Source: Obrimoposthia wandeli
Taxonomy: Eukaryota
Assembly: GCA_977020255.1 (NCBI GenBank)
Contig: CDROCS010006605.1
Coordinates: forward strand, 1 to 64,000
Direction: 5' to 3'
Length of the DNA: 64,000 nucleotides
In this document: positions 42,018 to 54,388 of the stretch, piece by piece
Layout: the number at the start of each line of letters is the position of its first letter
Numbering within the stretch: position 1 is the first letter of the stretch
The notes under the pieces: generated by a model
What the model was told of the DNA's origin: nothing
Seen by the model: only the letters and a program-made list of their open reading frames with translations
The model's database searches: none
Translations under genes and position numbers: made by a program

Positions 42018-44990
42018 ATGAGCAATAAAGACCAAGCGGGAAAAGTAGAGAGCCAATATAAGGCGACATTGAACTTGCCAGAAACCGATTTCCCAATGCG
42101 TGGAAATTTGGCACAGCGTGAGCCTGAATTATTAGCTCAGTGGCAAGATATGGGTTTGTATCAGAAAATTCGAAATGCCCGCTCTGGTCGTGAACAGTTT
42201 ATTTTGCACGATGGCCCTCCGTATGCAAACGGTGATATTCACATCGGCCACGCAGTCAATAAAGTTTTAAAAGATATTATCGTTAAATCGAAAACCATGT
42301 CGGGTTTTGATGCTCCGTATGTTCCTGGTTGGGATTGTCACGGTTTACCGATTGAATTAAAAGTTGAAGAATTGGTTGGTAAAGCGGGCGATAAAGTGAC
42401 TGCTGCCGAATTCCGTCAGCATTGTCGTGAATACGCCGCTAAGCAAGTTGATGGCCAGCGTGAAGGTTTTAAGCGTTTGATGGTTTTAGGTGATTGGGAA
42501 AACCCTTACCTAACCATGGACTTCAAATTTGAAGCCAACATCATTCGTACTCTGGGTAAAATCGCCGATAACGGCCACCTAGAAAAAGGCTTTAAGCCGG
42601 TTAATTGGTGCATGGATTGTGGTTCTGCATTAGCGGAAGCTGAAGTTGAATACCAAGATAAAAAGTCGATCGCAATTGATGTGAAGTTTGCTTTCAGTGA
42701 TACGGCGGCATTATTAACAGCATTCGGCGCAGACAGTGCTTTATCTAGCAAGACAGCAAGCATTGTTATCTGGACAACAACGCCTTGGACCTTGCCGGCT
42801 AACGAAGCGGTATCTGTGCATCCTGAATTAGAATATTCGTTAGTTCATATCAATACTGAAAGTGAACAAAGTGAAATTCTAGTATTAGCCACAGCGCTGG
42901 TTGAAGATGCGATGGGCCGTTATGGCATCACAGATTTTAATATCATCGCTAATGCATCAGGTTCTACTTTTGGTCAGACACTTGATCAAAGTTCAGCGCC
43001 TTTTTCTGTGACTCATCCGTTTATGATTGTTGCAGGGGCGGCTAAAACAGTGCCTGTCATTACCGGCACTCACGTAACGGCTGATGCGGGTACAGGTTCT
43101 GTTCATACTGCCCCTATGCACGGCGCAGACGATTATGTTGTGTGTAATCACTACGGAATTTTCTCAGAAACTATGTTGGTGAGTGCCGAAGGTACTTTCA
43201 TTAATAGCCCTGAATTAGAAAGTCTAGAACTTGCGGGCTTGTCGGTTGCTGATAAAGGTAATTTCCGCGTATTGGGTATCCTTGGCGACCCTCTAATTGG
43301 ACAGCCTGGTGCTTTGATTAAGAAATTAAAAATCGAGCACAGCTACCCGCATTGCTGGCGTCATAAAACGCCGATTATTTTCCGTGCAACGCCACAGTGG
43401 TTTATCGCTATGGAAGCGAAGAATGCGGAAACGTCTTTATTATCACAAGCGATGCACGCTGTTGAACACGATATCGAATGGCGTCCAACTTGGGGTAAAG
43501 CCCGTATCGAAGGCATGATGAATGGCCGTCCTGACTGGTGTATTTCTCGTCAGCGTACTTGGGGTGTGCCGATTGCTTTATTCGTTCATAAAGAAACGTC
43601 TGCATTGCATCCTGATAGCCAAGCTTTGATCGAGAAGGTTGCGTTAAAGGTTGAAGAAAAAGGCATTGATGCTTGGTTCGAATTAGAAGTACAAGATCTT
43701 CTTAGCGCCGAAGACGCTGAAAATTATGTAAAAGTGACCGATACGTTAGACGTTTGGTTTGACTCGGGTGTGACTCACGCTGCTGTTCTTGATGAACGTG
43801 ATGGTTTGCGTTCTCCGGCTGATTTGTATCTTGAAGGTTCAGATCAACACCGCGGTTGGTTCCAGTCGTCTTTATTGACCTCGGTTGCGGCTAAAGGCCA
43901 AGCGCCTTATAAAACGGCTTTGACCCACGGTTTTACCGTTGATGCGAAAGGTCGCAAGATGTCGAAGTCGATCGGTAATACCATATCGCCTATCGATGTT
44001 ATGGATAAGTTAGGCGCTGATATTTTACGCTGGTGGGTTGCGGATACCGATTACAGCACTGAGATGACGGTTTCTGATGAAATTTTAAAACGTAATGCCG
44101 ATGCTTATCGCCGTATTCGTAATACTTTCCGTTTCTTGTTGGCTAACATCACTGGCTTTAATCCTAAAACGGATTTGGTTGCGGTTGAAGATATGTTGCC
44201 ATTGGATGCGTGGATTTTAGATCGCGCGGTGAACATTGATAAGCAAGTGAAAGAGCTTTATACCGATTATAACTTTAGTGGTTTAACCAAGTTGTTAATG
44301 AACTTCAGTGTGGGTGAGTTAGGTTCTTTCTATCTAGATATTATTAAAGATCGCCAGTACACCTGTAAGGCCGATGGTCTTGCGCGTCGTAGCGCACAGA
44401 CGGCCTTGTATCATATTGCGGAAGCGATGGTGCGTTGGGTTGCTCCGGTATTGAGTTTCACCGCTGAAGAAATTTGGGATGTATTGCCTGTTGCGGTTGA
44501 TGCAGAAGGTAATGAGCTTGAGCGCGATAAATCAGTGCTTCTTGCTGAATGGTACGAATTGCCTGAAGTGAAAGACTTGAGCTTAGACGATGCTTACTGG
44601 CGTCAAATTATGGCGGTTAAAACTGCTGTGAATAAAATATTAGAAGAAGCGCGTGCTGAAAAGAAAGTCGGTTCTAGTTTAGCGGCTGATGTAACTTTAT
44701 ATGCTGATGAGGCATTAAAAGCTCAGTTAGAAAAATTAGGTGAAGAACTTCGCTTTGTGACGATTACTTCGAAAGCCGATGTTGAAGCTTTAGCATCCGC
44801 TAATGAAGAAGCTACGCAGAAAACAGAGGTGAGCGGCTTACGTTTATCACTTTCAGCTTCAACGGCTGCAAAGTGCGAGCGCTGCTGGCACCACAATGTG
44901 ACGGTTGGTTTACACCCTGAACATGCGACTTTGTGTAGCCGTTGTGTAACGAATATTGCAGGGGATGGCGAAGTACGTCATTTCGCATAA
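42018..44990 (+). CDS. ileS: Isoleucine--tRNA ligase
   Basis: [19 protein letters not shown] and C-terminal CERCWH zinc finger. Confidence 0.98.
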   Translation: MSNKDQAGKVESQYKATLNLPETDFPMRGNLAQREPELLAQWQDMGLYQKIRNARSGREQFILHDGPPYANGDIHIGHAVNKVLKDIIVKSKTMSGFDAPYVPGWDCHGLPIELKVEELVGKAGDKVTAAEFRQHCREYAAKQVDGQREGFKRLMVLGDWENPYLTMDFKFEANIIRTLGKIADNGHLEKGFKPVNWCMDCGSALAEAEVEYQDKKSIAIDVKFAFSDTAALLTAFGADSALSSKTASIVIWTTTPWTLPANEAVSVHPELEYSLVHINTESEQSEILVLATALVEDAMGRYGITDFNIIANASGSTFGQTLDQSSAPFSVTHPFMIVAGAAKTVPVITGTHVTADAGTGSVHTAPMHGADDYVVCNHYGIFSETMLVSAEGTFINSPELESLELAGLSVADKGNFRVLGILGDPLIGQPGALIKKLKIEHSYPHCWRHKTPIIFRATPQWFIAMEAKNAETSLLSQAMHAVEHDIEWRPTWGKARIEGMMNGRPDWCISRQRTWGVPIALFVHKETSALHPDSQALIEKVALKVEEKGIDAWFELEVQDLLSAEDAENYVKVTDTLDVWFDSGVTHAAVLDERDGLRSPADLYLEGSDQHRGWFQSSLLTSVAAKGQAPYKTALTHGFTVDAKGRKMSKSIGNTISPIDVMDKLGADILRWWVADTDYSTEMTVSDEILKRNADAYRRIRNTFRFLLANITGFNPKTDLVAVEDMLPLDAWILDRAVNIDKQVKELYTDYNFSGLTKLLMNFSVGELGSFYLDIIKDRQYTCKADGLARRSAQTALYHIAEAMVRWVAPVLSFTAEEIWDVLPVAVDAEGNELERDKSVLLAEWYELPEVKDLSLDDAYWRQIMAVKTAVNKILEEARAEKKVGSSLAADVTLYADEALKAQLEKLGEELRFVTITSKADVEALASANEEATQKTEVSGLRLSLSASTAAKCERCWHHNVTVGLHPEHATLCSRCVTNIAGDGEVRHFA

Positions 44991-45016
44991 GTCATTTAAA
45001 AAATAGAGAGTATAAA

Positions 45017-45565
45017 ATGAATCAAGAACGCAAGGCTGGTGAACACTCGGCCCTGATCTGGTTGTGGTTATCGGTCTTCGTGATTGCGTTCGATCTCATT
45101 ACCAAGCAGTTAGCAGAAAACTTTTTAAGCTATGGTCAGCCTGTGCCGATCTTGCCGATATTTGATTTAACCCTGCTTTACAACCCAGGTGCAGCCTTCA
45201 GTTTTTTGGCGGGTGAAGATGGCTGGCAACGTTGGTTTTTTACTGCCATTGCGCTGGGTGTAAGTACGATGCTGATTACTTGGCTGTATAAATTACCGCG
45301 CGAAAATAAATGGTTAGCGATAGCGCTAACACTTATTTTAGGCGGGGCATTAGGCAATTTGTTTGATCGACTGGTATATGGTCATGTGATTGATTTTATT
45401 TCTGTGCATTGGGCAGGTTCTTATTTCCCTGCCTTTAATATTGCCGATAGCGCCATCACCATTGGCGCTATTATGCTAGGTTTAGACGTGGTATTTGAAG
45501 CCCGTCGAGAAAAAGCGGCTGCTACGATAGCAGAACAAAAGCTTAAAAAAGAAGGTGAAAAATAA
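45017..45565 (+). CDS. lspA: Lipoprotein signal peptidase II
   Basis: NPGAAFSFL, GALGNLFDR and FNIADS; ATG 45017. Confidence 0.96.
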   Translation: MNQERKAGEHSALIWLWLSVFVIAFDLITKQLAENFLSYGQPVPILPIFDLTLLYNPGAAFSFLAGEDGWQRWFFTAIALGVSTMLITWLYKLPRENKWLAIALTLILGGALGNLFDRLVYGHVIDFISVHWAGSYFPAFNIADSAITIGAIMLGLDVVFEARREKAAATIAEQKLKKEGEK

Positions 45566-46050
45566 TGTCTAATTCTATTCAAACAATTACTGCTAATTCT
45601 AAAATATCCATGCACTTTGCCTTACGTATGGAAGGTATTGCAACGGATGGCACACGTAAAAAAGACGAAGTTGATTCAACCTTTAATACAAAGCCAGCTG
45701 AATTCGTATTAGGCGATGGTAATTTATTACCGGGTTTTGAAGAGTTTTTAATCGGCCTAACTACGGGCGATCATAAAACCTTCACTGTGCCAGCAGAAAA
45801 AGCCTTTGGTCAAACAAATCCGCAAAATATTCAAGAAATGAAACGCTCTAGCTTTGCTGTTGATATGCCTTTATCACCAGGCTTAGTCGTTTCTTTTGCT
45901 GATGCTGCTAAAGCAGAGCTGCCGGGTGTGGTGAAGGCGATTGAAGGCGATTACGTCATTATTGATTTTAATCATCCGTTAGCCGGTAAAGACCTAGAAT
46001 TTGAAGTTCAAATTCTTTCTGTTGCTGATGCAGACTGGGCTGAAGCGTAA
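45565..46050 (+). CDS. fkpB: FKBP-type peptidyl-prolyl isomerase
   Basis: LGDGNLLPGFE and DFNHPLAGK; lspA-fkpB-ispH synteny. Confidence 0.92.
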   Translation: MSNSIQTITANSKISMHFALRMEGIATDGTRKKDEVDSTFNTKPAEFVLGDGNLLPGFEEFLIGLTTGDHKTFTVPAEKAFGQTNPQNIQEMKRSSFAVDMPLSPGLVVSFADAAKAELPGVVKAIEGDYVIIDFNHPLAGKDLEFEVQILSVADADWAEA

Positions 46051-46995
46051 ATGAAAATAAAAATGGCGAATCCGCGTGGTTTTTGCGCAGGTGTTGATCG
46101 TGCAATAGATATCGTAAATCGTGCGCTGGATTTATTCGAGCCACCCATCTATGTTCGCCATGAAGTGGTGCATAACAAATTTGTGGTAAATGGTTTACGT
46201 GAACGTGGTGCTGTCTTTGTTGATGAGCTGCACGAAGTTCCAGACGACAGTATTGTCATATTTTCTGCTCACGGTGTTTCACAATCGGTTCGTAATGAAG
46301 CAACAGCCCGTGGCTTAAAAGTATTTGATGCCACCTGCCCGTTAGTCACTAAGGTGCATTTAGAAGTTAGTCGCTACAGCGCCGATGGCAGTGAGTGCAT
46401 TTTGATTGGTCATAAAGGCCATCCAGAAGTTGAAGGTACGATGGGTCAGTACGACCATTCTAACGGCGGTAATATTTATCTTGTTGAAGATGAAAAAGAT
46501 GTAGCAGCGTTAGAAGTTAAAAATCCTGCAGCACTTTATTACGTCACGCAAACGACACTTTCAATGGACGATACCGCGAGGGTCATTGAAGCCTTACGCG
46601 CTAAGTTTGAAAAAATTGAAGGGCCGCGTAAAGATGATATTTGTTATGCTACCCAAAATCGCCAAGATGCGGTTAAAGTTTTAGCAGCAAGCACTGAGTT
46701 ATTGTTAGTTGTAGGCTCACCTAATAGCTCTAACTCTAATCGTTTACGCGAACTGGGTGAGCGTATGGGTGCTAAAGCGTATTTAATTGATAACGCTGAA
46801 GAGATTCAAAAAGAATGGTTAGACGGTATTGAGAGCATTGGTATTACAGCCGGTGCTTCAGCTCCTGAGGTGCTTGTGCAGTCGGTGGTTGATCGCTTGA
46901 AAGAATGGGGCGGTGAAGTACCAGAAGAGCTGCAAGGGCAGGAGGAGAACGTTGTGTTTTCTTTGCCGAAAGAGCTTAAGTTGGTTGAAATTTAG
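46051..46995 (+). CDS. ispH: 4-hydroxy-3-methylbut-2-enyl diphosphate reductase
   Basis: [21 protein letters not shown] and SSNS. Confidence 0.97.
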   Translation: MKIKMANPRGFCAGVDRAIDIVNRALDLFEPPIYVRHEVVHNKFVVNGLRERGAVFVDELHEVPDDSIVIFSAHGVSQSVRNEATARGLKVFDATCPLVTKVHLEVSRYSADGSECILIGHKGHPEVEGTMGQYDHSNGGNIYLVEDEKDVAALEVKNPAALYYVTQTTLSMDDTARVIEALRAKFEKIEGPRKDDICYATQNRQDAVKVLAASTELLLVVGSPNSSNSNRLRELGERMGAKAYLIDNAEEIQKEWLDGIESIGITAGASAPEVLVQSVVDRLKEWGGEVPEELQGQEENVVFSLPKELKLVEI

Positions 46996-47014
46996 CAGGG
47001 TTAGCTGCTGAAAT

Positions 47015-47050
47015 CGCTATTTATCATAAGCACCTTGATGATAAATAGCG
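47015..47050. terminator. Hairpin between convergent ispH and pilE
   Basis: Perfect 13-bp inverted repeat CGCTATTTATCAT / ATGATAAATAGCG. Confidence 0.7.
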
Positions 47051-47070
47051 TTCTTTGTTATGCGTTCTAT

Positions 47071-47580
47071 CTAGTGGCCATAACTTGATCTTAAAGCTAT
47101 GCACTCAGGGCATGCTGAATTTGGAAGGTCACCACCATTTCGATCCTTTAATTGGCTAAAGCCATGATCATGAATATACCTACCACGAGAATCCATAATA
47201 ATTAAACCGTCTTCTATCTGCGCTCCAAGTGGCGCTGCAATAATCATAACGCAACGAGCAATTGAGGGAAGGTCTGGATAAATTGATGCATTTGTACAGG
47301 CTGATGCAGTTACACTGTATGCATCACTTCCACCTGATGATGTCATAATTGCAGGGTTGGTAGGGAATCCTAAATCACCAACCAAATCAACGGTATAGGT
47401 AAAGTTAGTGCCGTTGTATTTCTCTTGTAAGTCAAGAATTGCTGATAATTGCGGCGCGCTGCTAGAGCGCACGCCTTTCAGAACATATAAAGTGTACATT
47501 GGCCAAGAGATAGTTGCTAAAATACCTATAATTGCAACCACTACCATCAACTCAATTAATGTGAAGCCTTTGCTCTTCAT
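47071..47580 (-). CDS. pilE: Type IV minor pilin PilE
   Basis: GFTLIELMVVVAIIGIL prepilin motif; last gene of the cluster. Confidence 0.8.
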   Translation of the reverse strand: MKSKGFTLIELMVVVAIIGILATISWPMYTLYVLKGVRSSSAPQLSAILDLQEKYNGTNFTYTVDLVGDLGFPTNPAIMTSSGGSDAYSVTASACTNASIYPDLPSIARCVMIIAAPLGAQIEDGLIIMDSRGRYIHDHGFSQLKDRNGGDLPNSACPECIALRSSYGH

Positions 47581-50500
47581 GGACTTACCTCTAACCAGTA
47601 GTTTTTATCAATATTATCATATAGCCCACCGATAGAGACAGTCTTTCCGCTATCGTCTTTTACAACCTCAGTCCCAATTAGAATATTTCGTTGCAGTTTC
47701 TGAGGTGGCACATTTGTGCCGCTTGATGTGGGTTTAGGAGTTATCAGTGTAGGAGCAGCAGGAATACCTCCCTGATTCAAATCATATTCATCGGAATCGA
47801 AAGTAGCAATCCCATTTTCAAATTTAAGGGTTAATGCATAAGCCTTGGCTTGGCCTAAGTCGAAATTACAAGCAACGGCAGAGCTAGTATTTTTTGGAGC
47901 AAAGGTCGAAAACAAAATATTGTTACCGACAGTCGTTGATCTTGATAATACTTTTTCGCCGGATTCAGATAATTCAACATGCCAACCTAAAGCGTTATCT
48001 GTTCCCCAAGGACTTAGTTGAGAAAATAGGGCGGTTGTATAGCTACTTGGCTTTTCAACGGAAGTACGGATAACAAAATGATAATCATTTACCTGCGTTG
48101 ATAGCGGGTGTGCTCTGTAACCACTGCCAACACTCAATAATATTTCATCAATTTCTTTTTGATAGACAACATCGACTTCATTATAAAATTTTCTGTTTCC
48201 TGTCTGAGTTCCATCATTTATATCGGCCAAAACTCCACCTGTTGCAAAGTCTTCAGGCGTACTTGTTGTTGCCAATGTGGTTGTATCAAAGCGCCATATT
48301 CTGCCACCAACATCTGCCGCGAATATAATGTTTGCTAAGCCATCACCAGTACTGTCCACAGGGGAAACATTAGCAGGAAAGCTATTTGACATAGAGGTTC
48401 CTGATGCAAAACTCACATGTTTATTTGCGCTCCATAATATTTCACCATCTATTGGATTAATCATGTAAATTGTATTTCCGATTGCATTGGTTTGGCGTGC
48501 AATCGGCCCATTTGGAGTTGTTCCATCCTCAATTGGGTCGTAGCCACCGGCCATAAATAAAACTGCTTTAGGCTGGCTATTCCACATAACCGTTGCAGGT
48601 TCAATCATTGACCACGTTTGGCCTAATAAGTCGTAATTAGAACTAAGATTTGGTGGTATATCTTTATCGGATGGATACTTTCCATGTTTTTGCCATACCA
48701 AGCTAATATTGCTTCTATCGGTAATGTTCAAGGCATAAATACTTTGCCCACCCCGTCTTAGAGTCAAATAAAGATAGACTTTGTCAGCACCATCGACCTG
48801 GCCATTACCATTAAAATCTTGATGCCAATGAGATAGTGGGCCATGCCATAGGCTTTAAGTTCATTAACTCCCCCACCATCGTAGTACTTATCTAAATTGG
48901 CTAGCAGCTCATTGGGAATAAAAGAGAAATATTCTTCGGGGCTGTCAATATTAAAGGCGTGTACCATACCGCTATTTGTTCCAATATAGACAGTGCGGTC
49001 TGATGTACGATTAGCATCATCAATTGAATACGTTACGATAGTGGGTTCACTGTGAAGTGGATCTTCCATTCTGGAAGATCTAGCTTCTGTTATATCGCCG
49101 TCAGAATCAGAGTCTTTAACATCAGCTCCTTTTACCCAGCTGATTAATTGGTTTTTATAGTTAGTATTTGAGGTCGCTTTATTAGCAATATTTAGTGCTG
49201 CTTCTGATGCAGAACTGATATCGATCAACGAATTACTGTTAGGCGAGTTAGTCAATACCTTACGACTGGCAGTTATATGACTTGCCATGCCGCCAGACGA
49301 TACGATTGGGCCATCAACGTCATTAGACCAAGAGCTTTTGGCGGTAGTACCCCAAATATTAGATGTTTGAGGATCAACAGCAGCAGTACCGTTTGCATCT
49401 AGAACAACAATTGAATTCGCTGAATCTACTCCTAAGCGATAGCGTTTGAAGTTACCCTCCCACTTAATATCACGCTTAGGTTTGAATACGCCATAATAGA
49501 GTTCATCGGAAAGTTCAAAACTATTGAATGCATTTACTGAGACCACGGGGGCAGTGGCGCTGGCTTCAGTGCTAACTATGCCATTGAGAATAGCGGCAAA
49601 ACCGGCTTCTAGTTCTTTTAAGTATTCTCCTTCTGGTTTTGGATTGCCATACTCATCAACGGTGCTAGAAAATATAGACTCTCCCTGTCAGGTTGCAATT
49701 TTGTAAAGATAACCCCTAACGCTATTTTCTTGTGATGATGAAACAAAGCCACCAAGAGTATGGGTATAGATAAATTGATCAGCATCTAATCTTGAGTTAT
49801 CGACTTGATCGACGTTAGCAAGATAGTATGCCAAGTCGTCTGCGCACTCTCCGTGTCCACGAGTAAATCCACTAAAAATACCATCATTATCCTTGAGTGG
49901 CCCTTGGTTCGAACAGTCATTATTAATTGCAGGTGGCTTAGATTGGTTTAATAAAAGGTTTTTAATATCATCATTAGCAGCAGTATCATACGTTGGAGCG
50001 CCATCAGTGAATATTATGATGTGATTCGCCTGACATGATTCGGTAATTGGGCTTTTATAGTCACCAGTAGGATTCTTATTGATTCGTGACTCCGCAACAC
50101 TCGGCATCGGAACTTCCAGATGTCTGGCAAAAAATCCACCATCATTTCTCCTGCCTTTGGTAGAATTACCGAATTTTGGTGATTTTTCCGCGCATGTACT
50201 GGGCCACCTCATAATAAAGATTCGCTTAGGGGTGTTTTACCATAGGGATCCCAATTTTTTATTGTATTTTCAATGGTAGTTGCAATTTCTTCAAGGGCCG
50301 AACAGGAACACTGATCATACCTCCATTTGGAGCCGCTATAAATGTACCGCCTAATACTCGGCCATCGTAACGCGCTAATCCCGCATTAATACCAGGGGTG
50401 GTGCCGACTAAATTTCCTATCATTTGTCCCATAATGTACATTCTGCTTGCATAAGTTACGGCACCAGCCCCATCACCGCTGGTATAGAAATCATAATTAA

Positions 50501-51275
50501 GAAAATTACCTGTAAAAATATCTTTGCGTGTTTTATTACCTATTAGGGCTATGTAAGGTAAAAAACCTTTAACGCCTGGCCAGTCAACTCGGTCATCTCC
50601 ATCTCTAGCTCGTCCCCAGAAATTACTATATTTTAGTGAGTCAGGTACAGCATCATTAGAATTAGTAGAATAGGCATCACCATTTTTATAGTGAGTCATA
50701 TAGCTGCTGTTACCAGTTTCAGATTTCCCGTAGCCTTTACTTATGTCAGCCCAGCAGTCGACATACTTAGTAGAGTCACCATCCTCTGTGCGTCTAACGT
50801 CTTTCCAAACACCTTTTCGATTGGTGAATGAGCCAAATGCGGATTCTTTTGTTGAAAAATCCTGATCTGGGTCCCATTGGGCAAATAAACTTTGTGTGCG
50901 TCCATATGTTTCTAAATTTGGTTCTAAAGATTGGCATTTGAAAGCAGACTTGGGAAAATAATTATCCAACATGTTTTTACGAGTTACTTCTAAATCCCAG
51001 TCAAATAAGCCATCAAAAATTCCTCCAAATCGCACGATTGAATACCTAAAATAATACCGATCTGTATGAAAGGGACCAGGATAGATTACCGTATGATCAT
51101 ATTCACCCTTGGCGAAAGCGACTTCCTCCTCCATAGAGCCAGAAGTATCAAGTAGAAACATAATATTGGGACGTGTAGATGCACTTCCGCCCTTGTAAAT
51201 TTCTGTATCATCAGCAACTAGGTGCGCCGTATGAAAAGAGTATAGGACTATGAAAACAATAATATTTTTTAACAT
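47577..51275 (-). CDS. pilY1: PilY1 adhesin, copy 1, fragmented by multiple indels
   Basis: Track ORFs 50259-51290, 49688-50212, 49524-49706, 48764-49546 and 47577-48767 join into signal peptide, vWA (DTSGSM), DPLHSEP beta-propeller and C-terminal NYWLE. Confidence 0.85.
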
Positions 51276-51276
51276 G

Positions 51277-51640
51277 TTAATCTTCCTCATAATTCCATTT
51301 TAATTTAAAGATAATATCGTCACGAAAATTAACACCGATCAAAATGTACTTTTTAGGTTCTAAACCAGTAGCAACAACGCTTAAAGTCAGGATAAGAAGC
51401 GCGACTTCTTTTGTTATAAAACTTTGTGATCTCCGTGGTTGAATAATTATGCCATTTACAGGTTGAGCACGTGCGATATGAAACGGATGCTGTTTTTTTA
51501 AATATATCATTTGGAAAAACTATTTTGACATTGTCTTCTGATAGCATGAAATCATGGCTCACTATAATTGGAGCTGACTGAACCAGTGCTGTTGATAAAA
51601 ATAGTACTGCAAATAATACTAATTTTTTGAAAGAGCGCAT
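51277..51640 (-). CDS. Small secreted CxxC protein between pilX and pilY1, copy 1 (frameshift near 51375)
   Basis: Signal peptide and CSTC; the other frame gives the tail EPKKYILIGVNFRDDIIFKLKW, which aligns with copy 2. Confidence 0.65.
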
Positions 51641-51650
51641 AATTAGTACC

Positions 51651-52130
51651 TTAGTATTCTGGATTAAGCGTTAAACCAATAACTTGGCTAGATGCGATAG
51701 AATTTGGAAGAGTGGATGTAGCGTTGATTCGAAATTTTTCTGAGCCTGCTCCTACTCTTGAGCGTGAGCGCTCATTTCTTAGTAGAGCGGTATCTCGGTT
51801 TCCCTCTGTATTGCCATTTTTCATATGTGTAAGAGATTTGTCGAGAGTTATAAAGGCAGAGGGGGGTGTTGTACAGTTCGATGTAGGAATGTAGGGGGTT
51901 CCTGCATTTCGTTTTGCTAGGTCAAAATCAGTTGTTTCTTCGTGTGCTTTGTCAAATTGGCAGTCTACTTCTGAACGAGTTGAACTAAATACAGCTTCTT
52001 TATGTTGAATGTTGGTAACGATATGAGTCTGCAGTCCAGAACGCTGCATTCCCGCCATGGCTACAAATGTAATTGCTGCCAATAAGACTAAACTTATAGC
52101 CAGCACTGATCCAGATTGTTTATGCGTCAT
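51651..52130 (-). CDS. pilX: Minor pilin PilX, copy 1
   Basis: KQSGSVLAISLVLLAAIT (G|S cleavage site, no Glu5). Confidence 0.8.
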   Translation of the reverse strand: MTHKQSGSVLAISLVLLAAITFVAMAGMQRSGLQTHIVTNIQHKEAVFSSTRSEVDCQFDKAHEETTDFDLAKRNAGTPYIPTSNCTTPPSAFITLDKSLTHMKNGNTEGNRDTALLRNERSRSRVGAGSEKFRINATSTLPNSIASSQVIGLTLNPEY

Positions 52131-52205
52131 AACAATTCCCTTTAGACTTTTTAGTGGTGAGGTTGATTGGTTAGATCTTCGCCTAACTCAATCGGGTATT
52201 ATTTT

Positions 52206-53096
52206 TTATTTATAGTTATCAATCGTATATGTTGTCGTTAATACTTGTCGATTAACGGTATCCGTCATCGCGTAAGGTTCTGCATCTAATAATATGTAAC
52301 TGCGAAGCACATTATCATTTGTTGCGTCAGTAATAGATCGAGTCATTATTGAAACGGAGTACACTCTATTCCAATTAGTTACATCATCAGCCGCAATAAA
52401 TTTGCTCACATTGCGATTTTCAGCCCCAGTGAGAGCTTGACTTGCTTCTCCATATAAAAGTTGAATTGCTTCTACACCATTTGCAATAGCTTGCTTAGGA
52501 GAAGATCCTACGACCTTTGCTCCATCAAAAAAGTGACCTTGGCAATATAAGCTATTCATGCTGCTTGTAGCATCAAACTCAACCCAAAAAGTATTAATTA
52601 TTCTGTCATTCACTTTATAAGGCGTTGAGTTGGCAGCAGCACCTATTATGTACCCAGTACTTCCTGTGCAATCTCTTAATTTATTGGGGTTAGAGACAAA
52701 TGAAACCGCTAAACGATCACCGTGAGCCGGGTTAGTCATAATGGTAATATTGTCCTGTGTTTTACCCCCTACGCCTTCAAATATACATTCTCCAGCTTTT
52801 AAAGCTGGATATTCAGTACAACTAACAAATGCTGGCGTTGTTATTTGAGGTGACTTGACTCCGGGGGTATTACTTATCTCAATAGTAGGCGTCCCTGCTT
52901 CTCGAATGTATTTGGCTAGGAAGGAAATAACAAACCGACCAGTTTCTTGTGATTGCGACATGCCGTCGGTAGTGAGAGCGCTTCTATTTGAACTAATTAA
53001 TACTTGAGATATACCATATGTAATTGTCAGACTTAACAAAAGCGTGATCATTAACTCAATAAGGGTAAATCCACGATGCTTGGATGATATTATCAT
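52206..53096 (-). CDS. pilW: Minor pilin PilW
   Basis: GFTLIELMI and QETGRF; GVEAIQLLYG motif. Confidence 0.82.
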   Translation of the reverse strand: MIISSKHRGFTLIELMITLLLSLTITYGISQVLISSNRSALTTDGMSQSQETGRFVISFLAKYIREAGTPTIEISNTPGVKSPQITTPAFVSCTEYPALKAGECIFEGVGGKTQDNITIMTNPAHGDRLAVSFVSNPNKLRDCTGSTGYIIGAAANSTPYKVNDRIINTFWVEFDATSSMNSLYCQGHFFDGAKVVGSSPKQAIANGVEAIQLLYGEASQALTGAENRNVSKFIAADDVTNWNRVYSVSIMTRSITDATNDNVLRSYILLDAEPYAMTDTVNRQVLTTTYTIDNYK

Positions 53097-53695
53097 GGGG
53101 TAAATCCTGGGTGAGTAAGTGAAAGCAAGCCACTATTTGCAGTTCGAGCTGCGCCAGTAGTTGTTTCGTTATCTGATCTTGATCTCCACTGGAGTGAGAG
53201 ATTCAATGCTTGTCCCTTTACACAAGGAAGATCCACGCACGTAATAGTTACTTGTGCGTCAGGTAAATAAGAGATTGCGCTACCCTGGAAGCCATTGGCT
53301 TTGGGGGTGCCGCAACTAATTTCATAAAGATCCTCTGCCAGTTCTTCACCGCTACAGTCAGCAGCACTGGGGACTAAAGTGCTACCTGTGTGATAACTGG
53401 CACATTTTTTAGTGGGTATGCCGATTCTTTTGGCGTCGGTTGTTCCAATTTTTGGAATACAAACATTGCTACCGGTTGTTACGTAGCTCACGCTAGCATC
53501 TTTATTGGCATGTATACGATTACGAATGTCATTTAAAATCAATTGCGCTTGACTGCGGTTGCCAGTATCTGAGGTGGCGCGTAATGATTGCATTTGTAAT
53601 GATAATAAGCCCATTAAACCAATGCTGGTTATCGCGATGGTGACAAGGACTTCAATTAAACTTAGGCCACGAATCTGTAAGTTCATAATTTTCAT
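53093..53695 (-). CDS. pilV: Minor pilin PilV
   Basis: GLSLIEVLVTIAITSIGLMGLLSLQ and RSQA motif. Confidence 0.85.
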   Translation of the reverse strand: MKIMNLQIRGLSLIEVLVTIAITSIGLMGLLSLQMQSLRATSDTGNRSQAQLILNDIRNRIHANKDASVSYVTTGSNVCIPKIGTTDAKRIGIPTKKCASYHTGSTLVPSAADCSGEELAEDLYEISCGTPKANGFQGSAISYLPDAQVTITCVDLPCVKGQALNLSLQWRSRSDNETTTGAARTANSGLLSLTHPGFTP

Positions 53696-53707
53696 ATTTA
53701 TAAAACC

Positions 53708-54215
53708 TTAAGGACACATAAATTTGGTCATGATAACTTGGCCAATCTGATTTATTTGAATAGTACGTCCATTTTCCCCAATACAGCCGGGTACTACCTG
53801 TTAAAGCCCCTGGTGTTGTCGACATACCGTCACTAGTAAAGGTTATAGGATTGTCTTTATCTAATATATCCCCTCCCGTCGACTGAAGAACACTTCCATT
53901 CCTAAAGGGCGGTTGAATTTTTATGGGGGTCGTCGTATCACTCGTGTTTATTTGCCAGCCTAAAGCCCAGTTAGCCGTAGCACCAACTGTTTGATCGACT
54001 GGATCTATTGTGACGGTAATTGGAGCCGAGCTTGACACCGCATGGTTTCGAGCATAAGTGATGTCTAACCACATAGCGTTGCCGATGCCTCGGGATGTCG
54101 AGTTCGATAGTGCTTCACCAATGAAGGTGGCTGTGGACATTGCTAACATCCCCATGATTGCAACTACAATCATCAATTCAACCAATGTAAAGCCATTATG
54201 TTTTTTCATAGGCAC
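53708..54215 (-). CDS. fimT: FimT/FimU-type minor pilin (frameshift near 53800; true stop probably 53708)
   Basis: GFTLVELMIVVAI and ARNHAV. The alternative frame ends VVPGCIGENGRTIQINQIGQV...CP*. Confidence 0.78.
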
Positions 54216-54342
54216 AGTTTCTTTAATCTATCTTTAATGCGCGAGTCTTGTCAGATAAGCGGTTTTTGAATTGATACGAATGGTCTAATTTACCATGATT
54301 GAATTGAAATATCGTGGCCAGAGAGCCGAAAGAAGTAGGAAA

Positions 54343-54371
54343 AAGGGCCAAGTAAGCGTTATTTGGCCCTT
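54343..54371 (-). terminator. Intrinsic terminator after pilY1 copy 2
   Basis: AAGGGCCAAGTAA-GCG-TTATTTGGCCCTT with a T-run on the minus strand. Confidence 0.6.
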
Positions 54372-54388
54372 AGTGCATTGTTGTATCG

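Noticed and set aside
54216-54270. Sigma54 promoters for the pil modules
   Set aside because: No sequence with the invariant GG-N10-GC spacing was found upstream of fimT or pilX2.
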